Of a stretch of 64,000 nucleotides of DNA, positions 40,594-56,666 are shown one piece after another. A model generated the notes under the pieces. The model saw nothing but the letters and a program-made list of their open reading frames with translations. It was not told the origin of the DNA and did no database searches. The translations under genes and the position numbers were made by a program. The stretch's first letter is position 1, and each line of letters starts with the position of its first letter. Source of the stretch: the human T2T-CHM13v2.0 reference genome, Homo sapiens; NCBI RefSeq assembly GCF_009914755.1, contig NC_060940.1; one strand, 5' to 3'.

Positions 40594-43500
40594 TACCATT
40601 CAATTCCATTCGTTGATGCTTCCATTCAAGTGCATTCGATGATATCATTCGATTCCATTTGATGATAATTCCATTTGATTCCATGCGATGATTCTATTCG
40701 ATTCCATTCAATGATAATTCCATTCAATTCAGTGATTCCTCTGGACTCCATTTGATGATGATTCCATTCAATGATTCCATTCGATTCTATTCGAAAATGA
40801 TTCCATTTGAATCCATTTGATGATGATTCCATTAGATTCCATTTGATGATTCCATTCGATTCCATTCGACGATGATTCCATTCGATTCCGTTTGATGATT
40901 CCATTCTATTCTATTCGATGATGATTCCATTTGATTCCATTCGATGATGATTGGATTCGATTCCATTTGATGATTTCATTTGATTCCATTCGTTAAGGAT
41001 TTCGATCAATTCCATTCGATGATTCCATTCGATTCCATTCGATAATGATTACATCCGAGTCCATTCGATGATTCCATTTGAGCCTGTTCGATAATTCCAT
41101 TTGAGTCCAACCAATGATTCCATTCATTTCCATTCAATGATTCCATTCGAGTCCATTTGATCATTCCGGTAGGGTCCATTCGATGTTGATTCCATTGGAG
41201 TGCATTCGATGATTCCATTCGAGTCCATTTTAGGATTTGATTCGATTCCTTTCTATGATTCCATTCGATTCCACTCGATGATGATTTCATTCGAGTCCAT
41301 TCGACACTTCCAATCGATTCCATTTGATGATTCCATTCGAGTCCAATTGATGATTCCATTCAATTCCATTCGATGATGATTCCGTACGATTCCATTCTGT
41401 GATGATTCCATGTGATTGCATTCAATGATGATTCCTTTCGATTGCATTCGATTATGATTCATTTCGTGTTCATTCTATGGTTCCACAGGTTTCCATTCGT
41501 GTCCATTCCATTATTCCATTCTATTCCATTTGATGATGATTCCATTCGATTCCATTCATTGGTGATTCCACTCAATTCCATTCAATGATTCCATTCCATT
41601 TCTTTCAACAATGATTCCATTAGTTTCTAATCGATGATCCACTTGATTCCATTTGACGACGATTCCATTCTTGTCCATTCGATGATTCCATTTGATTCCA
41701 TATGATGATGATTCCATTCGATTCCATACCATGATGATTCCATTCGAGTCCATTCAATGGTGATTCCATTCAATTCCATTCGATGATTCCTTTCGATTCC
41801 ATTCGATGATGATGGCATTCGATTCCTTTCAATCATTCCCTTTGATTCCATTCAAAGGTGATTTCATTCAAGTCCATTCGATAATTGCATTCGATTCCAT
41901 TCTATGATGATTCCATTCGAGTCCATTTGATGATTCCATTCAATTCAAGTCAATGATGATTCCATTCGATTCCATTCGATGATTCCATTGGATTCCATTC
42001 GATGATGATTCCATTCAAATCCATTCGATAATTCAATTCAAGTCCATTCGATGATGATTATAATCGAATCCATTCAAAGATTCCATTCAGTTCCATTCGA
42101 TGATTCCCTTAGATTCCATTCGATGATTCCACTTGATTCCATTTACGATGATTCCATTCTATTCCATGTGATGATTCCCTTCAATTCTATTCAATGGTGT
42201 CTCCATTTGATTCCATTCGACCATGATTGCCTTTGATTCCATTCAATGACTCCATTCGGTTCCTTTTGATGATGATTCCGTTCGATTCCATTTGATGATT
42301 CCATTTGATTCCATTGGATGAGTCCATTCGATTACATTCGATGATTATTCCATTCGAGTGCATTAGATGATTCCATTCGAGTCCATTCGATGATTCCATT
42401 CGATTCCATTCGATGTTGATTCTGTTCAAATCCATTCGATGATTCCACTCGATTCCATTCGTTGACTCCATTTGATCCCATTCGATGATTTCCTTTGATT
42501 CCCTTTGATGATCATTCCATTTAATTCAATTCGGTGATTTCATTTGATTCCATTCAGTGATGTTTCCATTCGACTCCATTCGATGATGATTCCATTCGAC
42601 TCCATTCGATTATGATTTCATTCAATTCCATTCGATAATGATTCCCTTCGAGTCCATTCGATGATTCCATTCGATTCCATTCAACGATGATTTGATTCGT
42701 GTCCATTCGATGATTCCATTTGATTCCACTTGATGATGATTCCATTCGAGTCCATTTGATGATTCCATTCAATTAAATACTCCGATGATTTCTTTTGAGC
42801 CCACTCAATGCTTCCACTCGATTCCATATGATGATGACTCCATTCGATGAAATTCGATGATGATTCCACTCGCTTGCTTTCGATGATGATTCCACTTGAG
42901 TCCGTTAGAAGATTCTATTCAATTACATTCCATGACGATTCCGTTCGAGTCCATTTGATGATTCCATTAGACTCCATTCGACGATGATTCCATTCGATGT
43001 TATTCGATGATTCCATTCGATCTCATTCGATGATGATTCCATTCAACTCCATTCGATGTTTCCATTCGAGTTCATTCTATTATTCCATTAGATTCCATTC
43101 GATGATGATTCCATTCGATTCCATTTGATGATTGCATTCTATTTCATTTGATGATGATTCCATTCGAGTCCACTCGATGATTCCATTCGAGTCCATTTAA
43201 TGAATCCATTGGTTTCAATTCTATGATGATTACTTTGGATTACATTCGTTGATGATTTCATTCGGTTCCATTCAATGATGATTCCATTCAATTCCTTTCA
43301 ATGTTTCCATTCAATTCCATACGATGATGATTCCATTTGATTTGATTCGACAGTGAGCCATTCGATTCAATTCCATGATGATTCTATTTGATTCAATTGG
43401 TTGACATTTCCATTCGATTCCATTCGATGATGATTCCCTTTGATTCCGTTCAAAGATGATTCCATTCTAGCCCATTCAATGATTCCATTCGATTCTATTC

Positions 43501-46500
43501 AATGATGATTCCATTCATGTCGATTTGGTGATTCCATTTGACTTCATTTGATGATGATTCCTTTCAAGTTCATTAGATGATTCCATTCGATTCCATTTGA
43601 TGATGATCCCATTCGAGTCCATTCAGTGATTCCATTCGTTTCCATTCCATGATGATTCCATTCCTTTCCATTCAATGATTCCATTCGATTCCGTTTGATG
43701 ATGATTTCATTCGAGTCCATTTGATGATTCCATTTGATTCCATTCGATGATGATTCCATTCGAGTCCATTCGATGATTCTATTCGAATCCATTTGATGAT
43801 TTCTTTTGATTATATTTGGTGATGATTCCATTGGAGTCCATTCAATGATTCCATTCTATTCCCATCGATGATGATTCCATTAGAGTCCATTTAATGATTC
43901 CATTTGATTCCAGTCTCTGATGATTACATTCGAGTCCATACGATGATTCCACTCAATTCCATATGATGATGATTCCATTTGATTCCATTCGGTGATCCCA
44001 TTCTATTCTATTCAATGGTGATTCCATTCGAGTACATTAGATGATTCCATTCGATTCCATTCAATGATGATTCTATTTGTGTCCCTTAGATGACTCCACA
44101 TGATTCCATTAGATGATGATACTATTTGAGCCCATCCAATGATTCCCTTCGATTCCATTCGATGAGGATTCCATTCGATTCAATTCATTGGTGATTCTAT
44201 TCAATTCAATTCTTTGATTCCATTCCATTCCATTCGACAATGATTCCATTCGATTTCTTTCGATGATTCCACTCGATTCCACTTGACATTGATTCCATTC
44301 GATTCCATTCAATGATTCCATTTGATTCCAGTGGATGATGATTGCCATCGATTCCATTCGATCACTCCATTCTATTCCATTTGATGATGATTACATTCGA
44401 TTCCATTTGATGATTCCATCTGATTCTATTCGAGGATTCCATTTGATTCCATTCGATGATGATTCCATTCGAGTCCATTCGATGATTTCATTCGAGTACA
44501 TCCAATGATTCCATTCGAGTCCATTAGATGATTCCATTTGATTCCATTTGAAAATGATTCTACTAGAGTCCATTCAATGACTCCATTCGAGTCCATTCAA
44601 CAATTCCATTCGACTCCATTCGATGATTCCATTCGATTCCATTTGATGGTTCCATTCGAGTCCATTTCATCATTACAGTCGAGTCCATTTGGTGATTCCA
44701 CTGGATTTCTTTTGATAATGATACCATTCAATTACATTTGATGATGATCCCATTCAATTTCATTTGATGATGATTCCATTAGAGTCCATTCGATGATTTC
44801 ATTCGAGTCCCTTCATTGATTCCATCCGATTTCATTGGATGATGACTCCATTCGAGTCCATTCGATGATTCCACTCGATTCCATTAGATGACTCCATTGG
44901 AGTCCATTTGATTGTTCCATTCGATTCCATTCGATTCCTTTCGAAGATTATTCCATTTGAGTCCATTCGATGATGATTCCATTCCATTCCATTCGATGAT
45001 TCCGTTTGATTCCATTCGATGATTCCCTTCGATTCCTTTCTTTGATGATTCCATTCCATTCCATTCAATGATTCCATTCGAATCTATTCCATGATGATTC
45101 CTTTCGATTCCATTCGCTGATGTTTCCGTTCAATTCCATTCGATGATGATTCCATTCGATTCCATTCATTGAGGATTCCATTCGATTCCATTCAATGATG
45201 ATTCCATTCTATTCCATTCAATGATTGCATTCAATTCCATTCAATGATTATCCCATTAGAGTAAACTCAACGATTCCATTCAATACCATTCGATGATGAT
45301 TCCTTTTGAGTCCATTCAATGATTTCATTCAAGTCCATTTGATGATTCCTTTGAATTCCATTCTATGATGATTCCATTCGAGTCCATTCGATGATTCCAT
45401 TCGATTGCATTCGATGATTCCATTATATTCCATTCAACGGTGATTCCATTCGAGTCCATTCCATGATTCCATTAGAGTACATTTAATGATTGCTTTGTTT
45501 TCAATTCGAAGATGATTACATTGGATTCCATTCTATGATACCATTCGATTCCATTCAATGATGATTCCACTCAAATCCATTGGATGATTCCATTCGTGTC
45601 CATTCGGTGATTTCATTAGATTCCATTCGAGGATGATTCCATTCGATTCCATTCGATGATTCCATTCAATTCCATTCGATGATGATTCCATTCCAGTCCA
45701 TATGATCATTCCATTTGATTTCATTCGATGATGATTCCATTCGATTCCATTCGACGATTCCATTCTATTCCATTCGATGATGATTCCATTCGAGTCCATT
45801 CGATGATTCCATTCGAGTCCATTTAATGATTCCATTGGGTTCAATTCAATGATGATTACATTGGATTCCGTTCTATGATTCCATTCAATTCCGTTCATTG
45901 ACAATTTGATTCCATTCGATGATGATTCCATTTGAGTTCATTCGATGATTCTATTCGATTCTCTTCGATGGTGATTCAATTCTATTATATTGGATGATTC
46001 CATTCGATTCCATTTGATGTTGATTCAATTCGATTCTATTCGATGATGATTCCATTGGATTTCACTTGATGATTCTATTCGATTCCATTCAATGATGATT
46101 CACTTCTCGTCCATTGGATGATTCCATTTCATTCCATTCGATGATGATTCCATTCGATTCCATTCGATGATTCCATTTGATTCCATGCGACGGTGAGCAA
46201 TTCGATTCAATTCCATGATGATTCTATTTGATTCAATTAGATGATGTTTCCATTCGAATCCATTCCATGATTATTCCATTGGAATCCATTCGGCGATGAT
46301 TCCATATGAGTCAATTCAATGATGATTCCATATGGGTCCGTTCGATGATAATTCCATTTGATTTCATTCGATGCTTCTATTCTATTCCAGTCGATGATGA
46401 TTCCGTTGGAGTCCATACGATGATTCCATTTGATTTCATTTGATGATGATTCCATTCGATGATGATTACATTGGATTCCATTCTATGATTCCATTCAATT

Positions 46501-46705
46501 CCATTCGTTGATGATTCGATTCCATTCAATGATGATTCCATTTGAGTTCATTCGATGATTCTATTCGATTCCGTTCGATGGTGATTCAATTCTATTATAT
46601 TGGATGATTCCAGTCGATTCCATTTGATGATTATTCCATTGGAGTCCACTTAGTGAATCCTTTAGATTCTACTCGACGATGATTCCATTCGAGTCCATTC
46701 GATGA
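40594..46705 (+). repeat. Higher-order unit U8, 6112 bp, haplotype B (near-identical to U7)
   Basis: ORF 40626 to 46738 = 6112. Shares private SNPs with U7, e.g. GAATTC at 39241 and 45353. Confidence 0.93.
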
Positions 46706-49700
46706 TACCATTCAATTCCATTCGTTGATGCTTCCATTCAAGTGCATTCGATGATATCATTCGATTCCATTTGATGATAATTCCATTTGATTCCATGCGA
46801 TGATTCTATTCGATTCCATTCAATGATAATTCCATTCAATTCAGTGATTCCTCTGGACTCCATTTGATGATGATTCCATTCAATGATTCCATTCGATTCT
46901 ATTCGAAAATGATTCCATTTGAATCCATTTGATGATGATTCCATTAGATTCCATTTGATGATTCCATTCGATTCCATTCGACGATGATTCCATTCGATTC
47001 CGTTTGATGATTCCATTCTATTCTATTCGATGATGATTCCATTCGATTCCATTCGATGATGATTGGATTCGATTCCATTTGATGATTTCATTTGATTCCA
47101 TTCGTTAATGATTTCGATCAATTCCATTCGATGATTCCATTCGATTCCATTCGATAATGATTACATCCGAGTCCATTCGATGATTCCCTTTGAGCCTGTT
47201 CGATAATTCCATTTGAGTCCAACCAATGATTCCATTCATTTCCATTCAATGATTCCATTCGAGTCCATTTGATCATTCCGGTAGGGTCCATTCGATGTTG
47301 ATTCCATTGGAGTGCATTCGATGATTCCATTCGAGTCCATTTTAGGATTTGATTCGAGTCCTTTCGATGATTCCATTCGATTCCACTCGATGATGATTTC
47401 ATTCGAGTCCATTCGACACTTCCAATCGATTCCATTTGATGATTCCATTCGAGTCCAATTGATGATTCCATTCAATTCCATTCGATGATGATTCCGTACG
47501 ATTCCATTCTGTGATGATTCCATGTGATTGCATTCAATGATGATTCCTTTCGATTGCATTCGATTATGATTCATTTCGTGTTCATTCTATGGTTCCACAG
47601 GTTTCCATTCGTGTCCATTCCATTATTCCATTCTATTCCATTTGATGATGATTCCATTCGATTCCATTCATTGGTGATTCCACTCAATTCCATTCAATGA
47701 TTCCATTCCATTTCTTTCAACAATGATTCCATTAGTTTCTAATCGATGATCCACTTGATTCCATTTGACGACGATTCCATTCTTGTCCATTCGATGATTC
47801 CATTTGATTCCATATGATGATGATTCCATTCGATTCCATACCATGATGATTCCATTCGAGTCCATTCAACGGTGATTCCATTCAATTCCATTCGATGATT
47901 CCTTTTGATTCCATTCGATGATGATGGCATTCGATTCCTTTCAATCATTCCCTTTGATTCCATTCAAAGGTGATTTCATTCAAGTCCATTCGATAATTGC
48001 ATTCGATTCCATTCTATGATGATTCCATTCGAGTCCATTTGATGATTCCATTCAATTCAAGTCAATGATGATTCCATTCGATTCCATTCGATGATTCCAT
48101 TGGATTCCATTCGATGATGATTCCATTCAAATCCATTCGATAATTCAATTCAAGTCCATTCGATGATGATTCCAATCGAATCCATTCAAAGATTCCATTC
48201 AGTTCCATTCGATGATTCCCTTAGATTCCATTCGATGATTCCACTTGATTGCATTTACGATGATTCCATTCGATTCCATGTGATGATTCCATTCAATTCT
48301 ATTCAATGATGTCTCCATTTGATTCCATTCGACCATGATTGCCTTTGATTCCATTCAATGATTCCATTCGGTTCCGTTTGATGATGATTCCGTTCGATTC
48401 CATTTGATGATTCCATTTGATTCCATTGGATGAGTCCATTCGATTACATTCGATGATTATTCCATTCGAGTGCATTAGATGATTCCATTCGAGTCCATTC
48501 GATGATTCCATTCGATTCCATTCGATGTTGATTCTGTTCAAATCCATTCGATGATTCCACTCGATTCCATTCGTTGACTCCATTTGATCCCATTCGATGA
48601 TTTCCTTTGATTCCCTTTGATGATCATTCCATTTGATTCAATTCGGTGATTTCATTTGATTCCATTCAGTGATGTTTCCATTCGACTCCATTCGATGATG
48701 ATTCCATTCGACTCCATTCGATTATGATTTCATTCAATTCCATTCGATAATGATTCCCTTCGAGTCCATTCGATGATTCCATTCGATTCCATTCAACGAT
48801 GATTTGATTCGTGTCCATTCGATGATTCCATTTGATTCCACTTGATGATGATTCCATTCGAGTCCATTTGATGATTCCATTCAATTCCATACTCCGATGA
48901 TTTCTTTTGAGCCCACTCAATGCTTCCACTCGATTCCATATGATGATGACTCCATTCGATGAAATTCGATGATGATTCCATTCGCTTGCTTTCGATGATG
49001 ATTCCACTTGAGTCCGTTAGAAGATTCTATTCAATTACATTCCATGACGATTCCGTTCGAGTCCATTTGATGATTCCATTAGACTCCATTCGACGATGAT
49101 TCCATTCGATGTTATTCGATGATTCCATTCGATCTCATTCGATGATGATTCCATTCAACTCCATTCGATGTTTCCATTCGAGTTCATTCTATTATTCCAT
49201 TAGATTCCATTCGATGATGATTCCATTCGATTCCATTTGATGATTGCATTCTATTTCATTTGATGATGATTCCATTCGAGTCCACTCGATGATTCCATTC
49301 GAGTCCATTCCATGATTCCATTAGAGTACATTTAATGATTGCTTTGTTTTCAATTCGAAGATGATTACATTGGATTCCATTCTATGATACCGTTCGATTC
49401 CATTCAATGATGATTCCACTCAAATCCATTGGATGATTCCATTCGTGTCCATTCGGTGATTTCATTAGATTCCATTCGAGGATGATTCCATTCGATTCCA
49501 TTCGATGATTCCATTCAATTCCATTCGATGATGATTCCATTCCAGTCCATATGATCATTCCATTTGATTTCATTCGATGATGATTCCATTCGATTCCATT
49601 CGACGATTCCATTCTATTCCATTCGATGATGATTCCATTCGAGTCCATTCGATGATTCCATTCGAGTCCATTTAATGATTCCATTGGGTTCAATTCAATG

Positions 49701-50554
49701 ATGATTACATTGGATTCCGTTCTATGATTCCATTCAATTCCGTTCATTGACAATTTGATTCCATTCGATGATGATTCCATTTGAGTTCATTCGATGATTC
49801 TATTCGATTCTCTTCGATGGTGATTCAATTCTATTATATTGGATGATTCCATTCGATTCCATTTGATGTTGATTCAATTCGATTCTATTCGATGATGATT
49901 CCATTGGATTTCACTTGATGATTCTATTCGATTCCATTCAATGATGATTCACTTCTCGTCCATTGGATGATTCCACTTCATTCCATTCGATGATGATTCC
50001 ATTCGATTCCATTCGATGATTCCATTTGATTCCATGCGACGGTGAGCAATTCGATTCAATTCCATGATGATTCTATTTGATTCAATTAGATGATGTTTCC
50101 ATTCGAATCCATTCCATGATTATTCCATTGGAATCCATTCGGCGATGATTCCATATGAGTCAATTCAATGATGATTCCATATGGGTCCGTTCGATGATAA
50201 TTCCATTTGATTTCATTCGATGCTTCTATTCTATTCCAGTCGATGATGATTCCGTTGGAGTCCATACGATGATTCCATTTGATTTCATTTGATGATGATT
50301 CCATTCGATGATGATTACATTGGATTCCATTCTATGATTCCATTCAATTCCATTCGTTGATGATTCGATTCCATTCAATGATGATTCCATTTGAGTTCAT
50401 TCGATGATTCTATTCGATTCCGTTCGATGGTGATTCAATTCTATTATATTGGATGATTCCAGTCGATTCCATTTGATGATTATTCCATTGGAGTCCACTT
50501 AGTGAATCCTTTAGATTCTACTCGACGATGATTCCATTCGAGTCCATTCGATGA
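46706..50554 (+). repeat. Short unit U9, 3849 bp (same 2263-bp deletion)
   Basis: ORF 46738 to 50587 = 3849. Junction at 49290-49309. Confidence 0.93.
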
Positions 50555-53500
50555 TACCATTCAATTCCATTCGTTGATGCTTCCATTCAAGTGCATTCGA
50601 TGATATCATTCGATTCCATTTGATGATAATTCCATTTGATTCCATGCGATGATTCTATTCGATTCCATTCAATGATAATTCCATTCAATTCAGTGATTCC
50701 TCTGGACTCCATTTGATGATGATTCCATTCAATGATTCCATTCGATTCTATTCGAAAATGATTCCATTTGAATCCATTTGATGATGATTCCATTAGATTC
50801 CATTTGATGATTCCATTCGATTCCATTCGACGATGATTCCATTCGATTCCGTTTGATGATTCCATTCTATTCTATTCGATGATGATTCCATTCGATTCCA
50901 TTCGATGATGATTGGATTCGATTCCATTTGATGATTTCATTTGATTCCATTCGTTAATGATTTCGATCAATTCCATTCGATGATTCCATTCGATTCCATT
51001 CGATAATGATTACATCCGAGTCCATTCGATGATTCCATTGGAGCCTGTTCGATAATTCCATTTGAGTCCAACCAATGATTCCATTCATTTCCATTCAATG
51101 ATTCCATTCGAATCCATTTGATCATTCCGGTAGGGTCCATTCGATGTTGATTCCATTGGACTGCATTCGATGATTCCATTCGAGTCCATTTTAGGATTTG
51201 ATTCGAGTCCTTTCTATGATTCCATTCGATTCCACTCGATGATGATTTCATTCGAGTCCATTCGACACTTCCAATCGATTCCATTTGATGATTCCATTCG
51301 AGTCCAATTGATGATTCCATTCAATTCCATTCGATGATGATTCCGTACGATTCCATTCTGTGATGATTCCATGTGATTGCATTCAATGATGATTCCTTTC
51401 GATTGCATTCGATTATGATTCATTTCGTGTTCATTCTATGGTTCCACAGGTTTCCATTCGTGTCCATTCCATTATTCCATTCTATTCCATTTGATGATGA
51501 TTCCATTCGATTCCATTCATTGGTGATTCCACTCAATTCCATTCAATGATTCCATTCCATTTCTTTCAACAAGGATTCCATTAGTTTCTAATCGATGATC
51601 CACTTGATTCCATTTGACGACGATTCCATTCTTGTCCATTCGATGATTCCATTTGATTCCATATGATGATGATTCCATTCGATTCCATACCATGATGATT
51701 CCATTCGAGTCCATTCAATGGTGATTCCATTCAATTCCATTCGATGATTCCTTTCGATTCCATTCGATGATGATGGCATTCGATTCCTTTCAATCATTCC
51801 CTTTGATTCCATTCAAAGGTGATTTCATTCAAGTCCATTCGATAATTGCATTCGATTCCATTCTATGATGATTCCATTCGAGTCCATTTGATGATTCCAT
51901 TCAATTCAAGTCAATGATGATTCCATTCGATTCCATTCAATGATTCCATTGGATTCCATTCGATGATGATTCCATTCAAATCCATTCGATAATTCAATTC
52001 AAGTCCATTCGATGATGATTAAAATCGAATCCATTCAAAGATTCCATTCAGTTCCATTCGATGATTCCCTTAGATTCCATTCGATGATTCCACTTGATTG
52101 CATTTACGATGATTCCATTCTATTCCATGTGATGATTCCCTTCAATTCTATTCAATGGTGTCTCCATTTGATTCCATTCGACCATGATTGCCTTTGATTC
52201 CATTCAATGACTCCATTCGGTTCCTTTTGATGATGATTCCGTTCGATTCCATTTGATGATTCCATTTGATTCCATTGGATGAGTCCATTCGATTACATTC
52301 GATGATTATTCCATTCGAGTGCATTAGGTGATTCCATTCGAGTCCATTCGATGATTCCATTCGATTCCATTCGATGTTGATTCTGTTCAAATCCATTCGA
52401 TGATTCCACTCGATTCCATTCGTTGACTCCATTTGATCCCATTCGATGATTTCCTTTGATTCCCTTTGATGATCATTCCATTTGATTCAATTCGGTGATT
52501 TCATTTGATTCCATTCAGTGATGTTTCCATTCGACTCCATTCGATGATGATTCCATTCGACTCCATTCGATTATGATTTCATTCAATTCCATTCGATAAT
52601 GATTCCCTTCGAGTCCATTCGATGATTCCATTCGATTCCATTCAACGATGATTTGATTCGTGTCCATTCGATGATTCCATTTGATTCCACTTGATGATGA
52701 TTCCATTCGAGTCCATTTGATGATTCCATTCAATTCCATACTCCGATGATTTCTTTTGAGCCCACTCAATGCTTCCACTCGATTCCATATGATGATGACT
52801 CCATTCGATGAAATTCGATGATGATTCCATTCGCTTGCTTTCGATGATGATTCCACTTGAGTCCGTTAGAAGATTCTATTCAATTACATTCCATGACGAT
52901 TCCGTTCGAGTCCATTTGATGATTCCATTAGACTCCATTCGACGATGATTCCATTCGATGTTATTCCATGATTCCATTCGATCTCATTCGATGATGATTC
53001 CATTCAACTCCATTCGATGTTTCCATTCGAGTTCATTCTATTATTCCATTAGATTCCATTCGATGATGATTCCATTCGATTCCATTTGATGATTGCATTC
53101 TATTTCATTTGATGATGATTCCATTCGAGTCCACTCGATGATTCCATTCGAGTCCATTTAATGAATCCATTGGTTTCAATTCTATGATGATTACATTGGA
53201 TTCCATTCGTTGATGATTTCATTCGGTTCCATTCAATGATGATTCCATTCAATTCCTTTCAATGTTTCCATTCAATTCCATACGATGATGATTCCATTTG
53301 ATTTGATTCGACAGTGAGCCATTCGATTCAATTGCATGATGATTCTATTTGATTCAATTGGTTGACATTTCCATTCGATTCCATTCGATGATGATTCCCT
53401 TTGATTCCGTTCAAAGATGATTCCATTCTAGCCCATTCAATCATTCCATTCGATTCTATTCAATGATGATTCCATTCATGTCGATTTGGTGATTCCATTT

Positions 53501-56500
53501 GACTTCATTTGATGATGATTCCTTTCAAGTTCATTAGATGATTCCATTCGATTCCATTTGATGATGATCCCATTCGAGTCCATTCAGTGATTCCATTCGT
53601 TTCCATTCCATGATGATTCCATTCCTTTCCATTCAATGATTCCATTCGATTCCGTTTGATGATGATTTCATTCGAGTCCATTTGATGATTCCATTTGATT
53701 CCATTCGATGATGATTCCATTCGAGTCCATTCGATGATTCTATTCGAATCCATTTGATGATTTCTTTTGATTATATTTGGTGATGATTCCATTGGATTCC
53801 ATTCAATGATTCCATTCTATTCCAATCGATGATGATTCCATTAGAGTCCATTTAATGATTCCATTTGATTCCAGTCTCTGATGATTACATTCGAGTCCAT
53901 ACGATGATTCCACTCAATTCCATATGATGATGATTCCATTTGATTCCATTCGGTGATTCCATTCTATTCTATTCAATGGTGATTCCATTCGAGTACATTA
54001 GATGATTCCATTCGATTCCATTCAATGATGATTCTATTTGTGTCCCTTAGATGATTCCACATGATTCTATTAGATGATGATACTATTTGAGCCCATCCAA
54101 TGATTCCCTTCGATTCCATTCGATGAGGATTCCATTCGATTCAATTCATTGGTGATTCTATTCAATTCAATTCTTTGATTCCATTCCATTCCATTCGACA
54201 ATGATTCCATTCGATTTCTTTCGATGATTCCACTCGATTCCACTTGACATTGATTCCATTCGATTCCATTCAATGATTCCATTTGATTCCAGTGGATGAT
54301 GATTGCCATCGATTCCATTCGATCACTCCATTCTATTCCATTTGATGATGATTACATTCGATTCCATTTGATGATTCCATCTGATTCTATTCGAGGATTC
54401 CATTTGATTCCATTCGATGATGATTCCATTCGAGTCCATTCGATGATTTCATTCGAGTACATCCAATGATTCCATTCGAGTCCATTAGATGATTCCATTT
54501 GATTCCATTTGAAAATGATTCTACTAGAGTCCATTCAATGACTCCATTCGAGTCCATTCAACAATTCCATTCGACTCCATTCGATGATTCCATTCGATTC
54601 CATTTGATGGTTCCATTCGAGTCCATTTAATCATTACAGTCGAGTCCATTTGGTGATTCCACTGGATTTCTTTTGATAATGATACCATTCAATTACATTT
54701 GATGATGATCCCATTCAATTTCATTTGATGATGATTCCATTAGAGTCCATTCGATGATTTCATTCGAGTCCCTTCATTGATTCCATCCGATTTCATTGGA
54801 TGATGACTCCATTCGAGTCCATTCGATGATTCCACTCGATTCCATTAGATGACTCCATTGGAGTCCATTTGATTGTTCCATTCGATTCCATTCGATTCCT
54901 TTCGAAGATTATTCCATTTGAGTCCATTCGATGATGATTCCATTCCATTCCATTCGATGATTCCGTTTGATTCCATTCGATGATTCCCTTCGATTCCTTT
55001 CTTTGATGATTCCATTCCATTCCATTCAATGATTCCATTCGAATCTATTCCATGATGATTCCTTTCGATTCCATTCGCTGATGTTTCCGTTCAATTCCAT
55101 TCGATGATGATTCCATTCGATTCCATTCATTGAGGATTCCATTTGATTCCATTCAATGATGATTCCATTCTATTCCATTCAATGATTGCATTCAATTCCA
55201 TTCAATGATTATCCCATTAGAGTAAACTCAACGATTCCATTCAATACCATTCGATGATGATTCCTTTTGAGTCCATTCAATGATTTCATTCAAGTCCATT
55301 TGATGATTCCTTTCAATTCCATTCTATGATGATTCCATTCGAGTCCATTCGATGATTCCATTCGATTGCATTCGATGATTCCATTATATTCCATTCAACG
55401 GTGATTCCATTCGAGTCCATTCCATGATTCCATTAGAGTACATTTAATGATTGCTTTGTTTTCAATTCGAAGATGATTACATTGGATTCCATTCTATGAT
55501 ACCATTCGATTCCATTCAATGATGATTCCACTCAAATCCATTGGATGATTCCATTCGTGTCCATTCGGTGATTTCATTAGATTCCATTCGAGGATGATTC
55601 CATTCGATTCCATTCGATGATTCCATTCAATTCCATTCGATGATGATTCCATTCCAGTCCATATGATCATTCCATTTGATTTCATTCGATGATGATTCCA
55701 TTCGATTCCATTCGACGATTCCATTCTATTCCATTCGATGATGATTCTATTCGAGTCCATTCGATCATTCCATTCGAGTCCATTTAATGATTCCATTGGG
55801 TTCAATTCAATGATGATTACATTGGATTCCGTTCTATGATTCCATTCAATTCCGTTCATTGACAATTTGGTTCCATTCGATGATGATTCCATTTGAGTTC
55901 ATTCGATGATTCTATTCGATTCTCTTCGATGGTGATTCAATTCTATTATATTGGATGATTCCATTCGATTCCATTTGATGTTGATTCAATTCGATTCTAT
56001 TCGATGATGATTCCATTGGATTTCACTTGATGATTCTATTCGATTCCATTCAATGATGATTCACTTCTCGTCCATTGGATGATTCCATTTCATTCCATTC
56101 GATGATGATTCCATTCGATTCCATTCGATGATTCCATTTGATTCCATGCGACGGTGAGCAATTCGATTCAATTCCATGATGATTCTATTTGATTCAATTA
56201 GATGATGTTTCCATTCGAATCCATTCCATGATTATTCCATTGGAATCCATTCGGCGATGATTCCATATGAGTCAATTCAATGATGATTCCATATGGGTCC
56301 GTTCGATGATAATTCCATTTGATTTCATTCGATGCTTCTATTCTATTCCAGTCGATGATGATTCCGTTGGAGTCCATACGATGATTCCATTTGATTTCAT
56401 TTGATGATGATTCCATTCGATGATGATTACATTGGATTCCATTCTATGATTCCATTCAATTCCATTCGTTGATGATTCGATTCCATTCAATGATGATTCC

Positions 56501-56666
56501 ATTTGAGTTCATTCGATGATTCTATTCGATTCCGTTCGATGGTGATTCAATTCTATTATATTGGATGATTCCAGTCGATTCCATTTGATGATTATTCCAT
56601 TGGAGTCCACTTAGTGAATCCTTTAGATTCTACTCGACGATGATTCCATTCGAGTCCATTCGATGA
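50555..56666 (+). repeat. Higher-order unit U10, 6112 bp
   Basis: ORF 50587 to 56699 = 6112. Confidence 0.93.
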
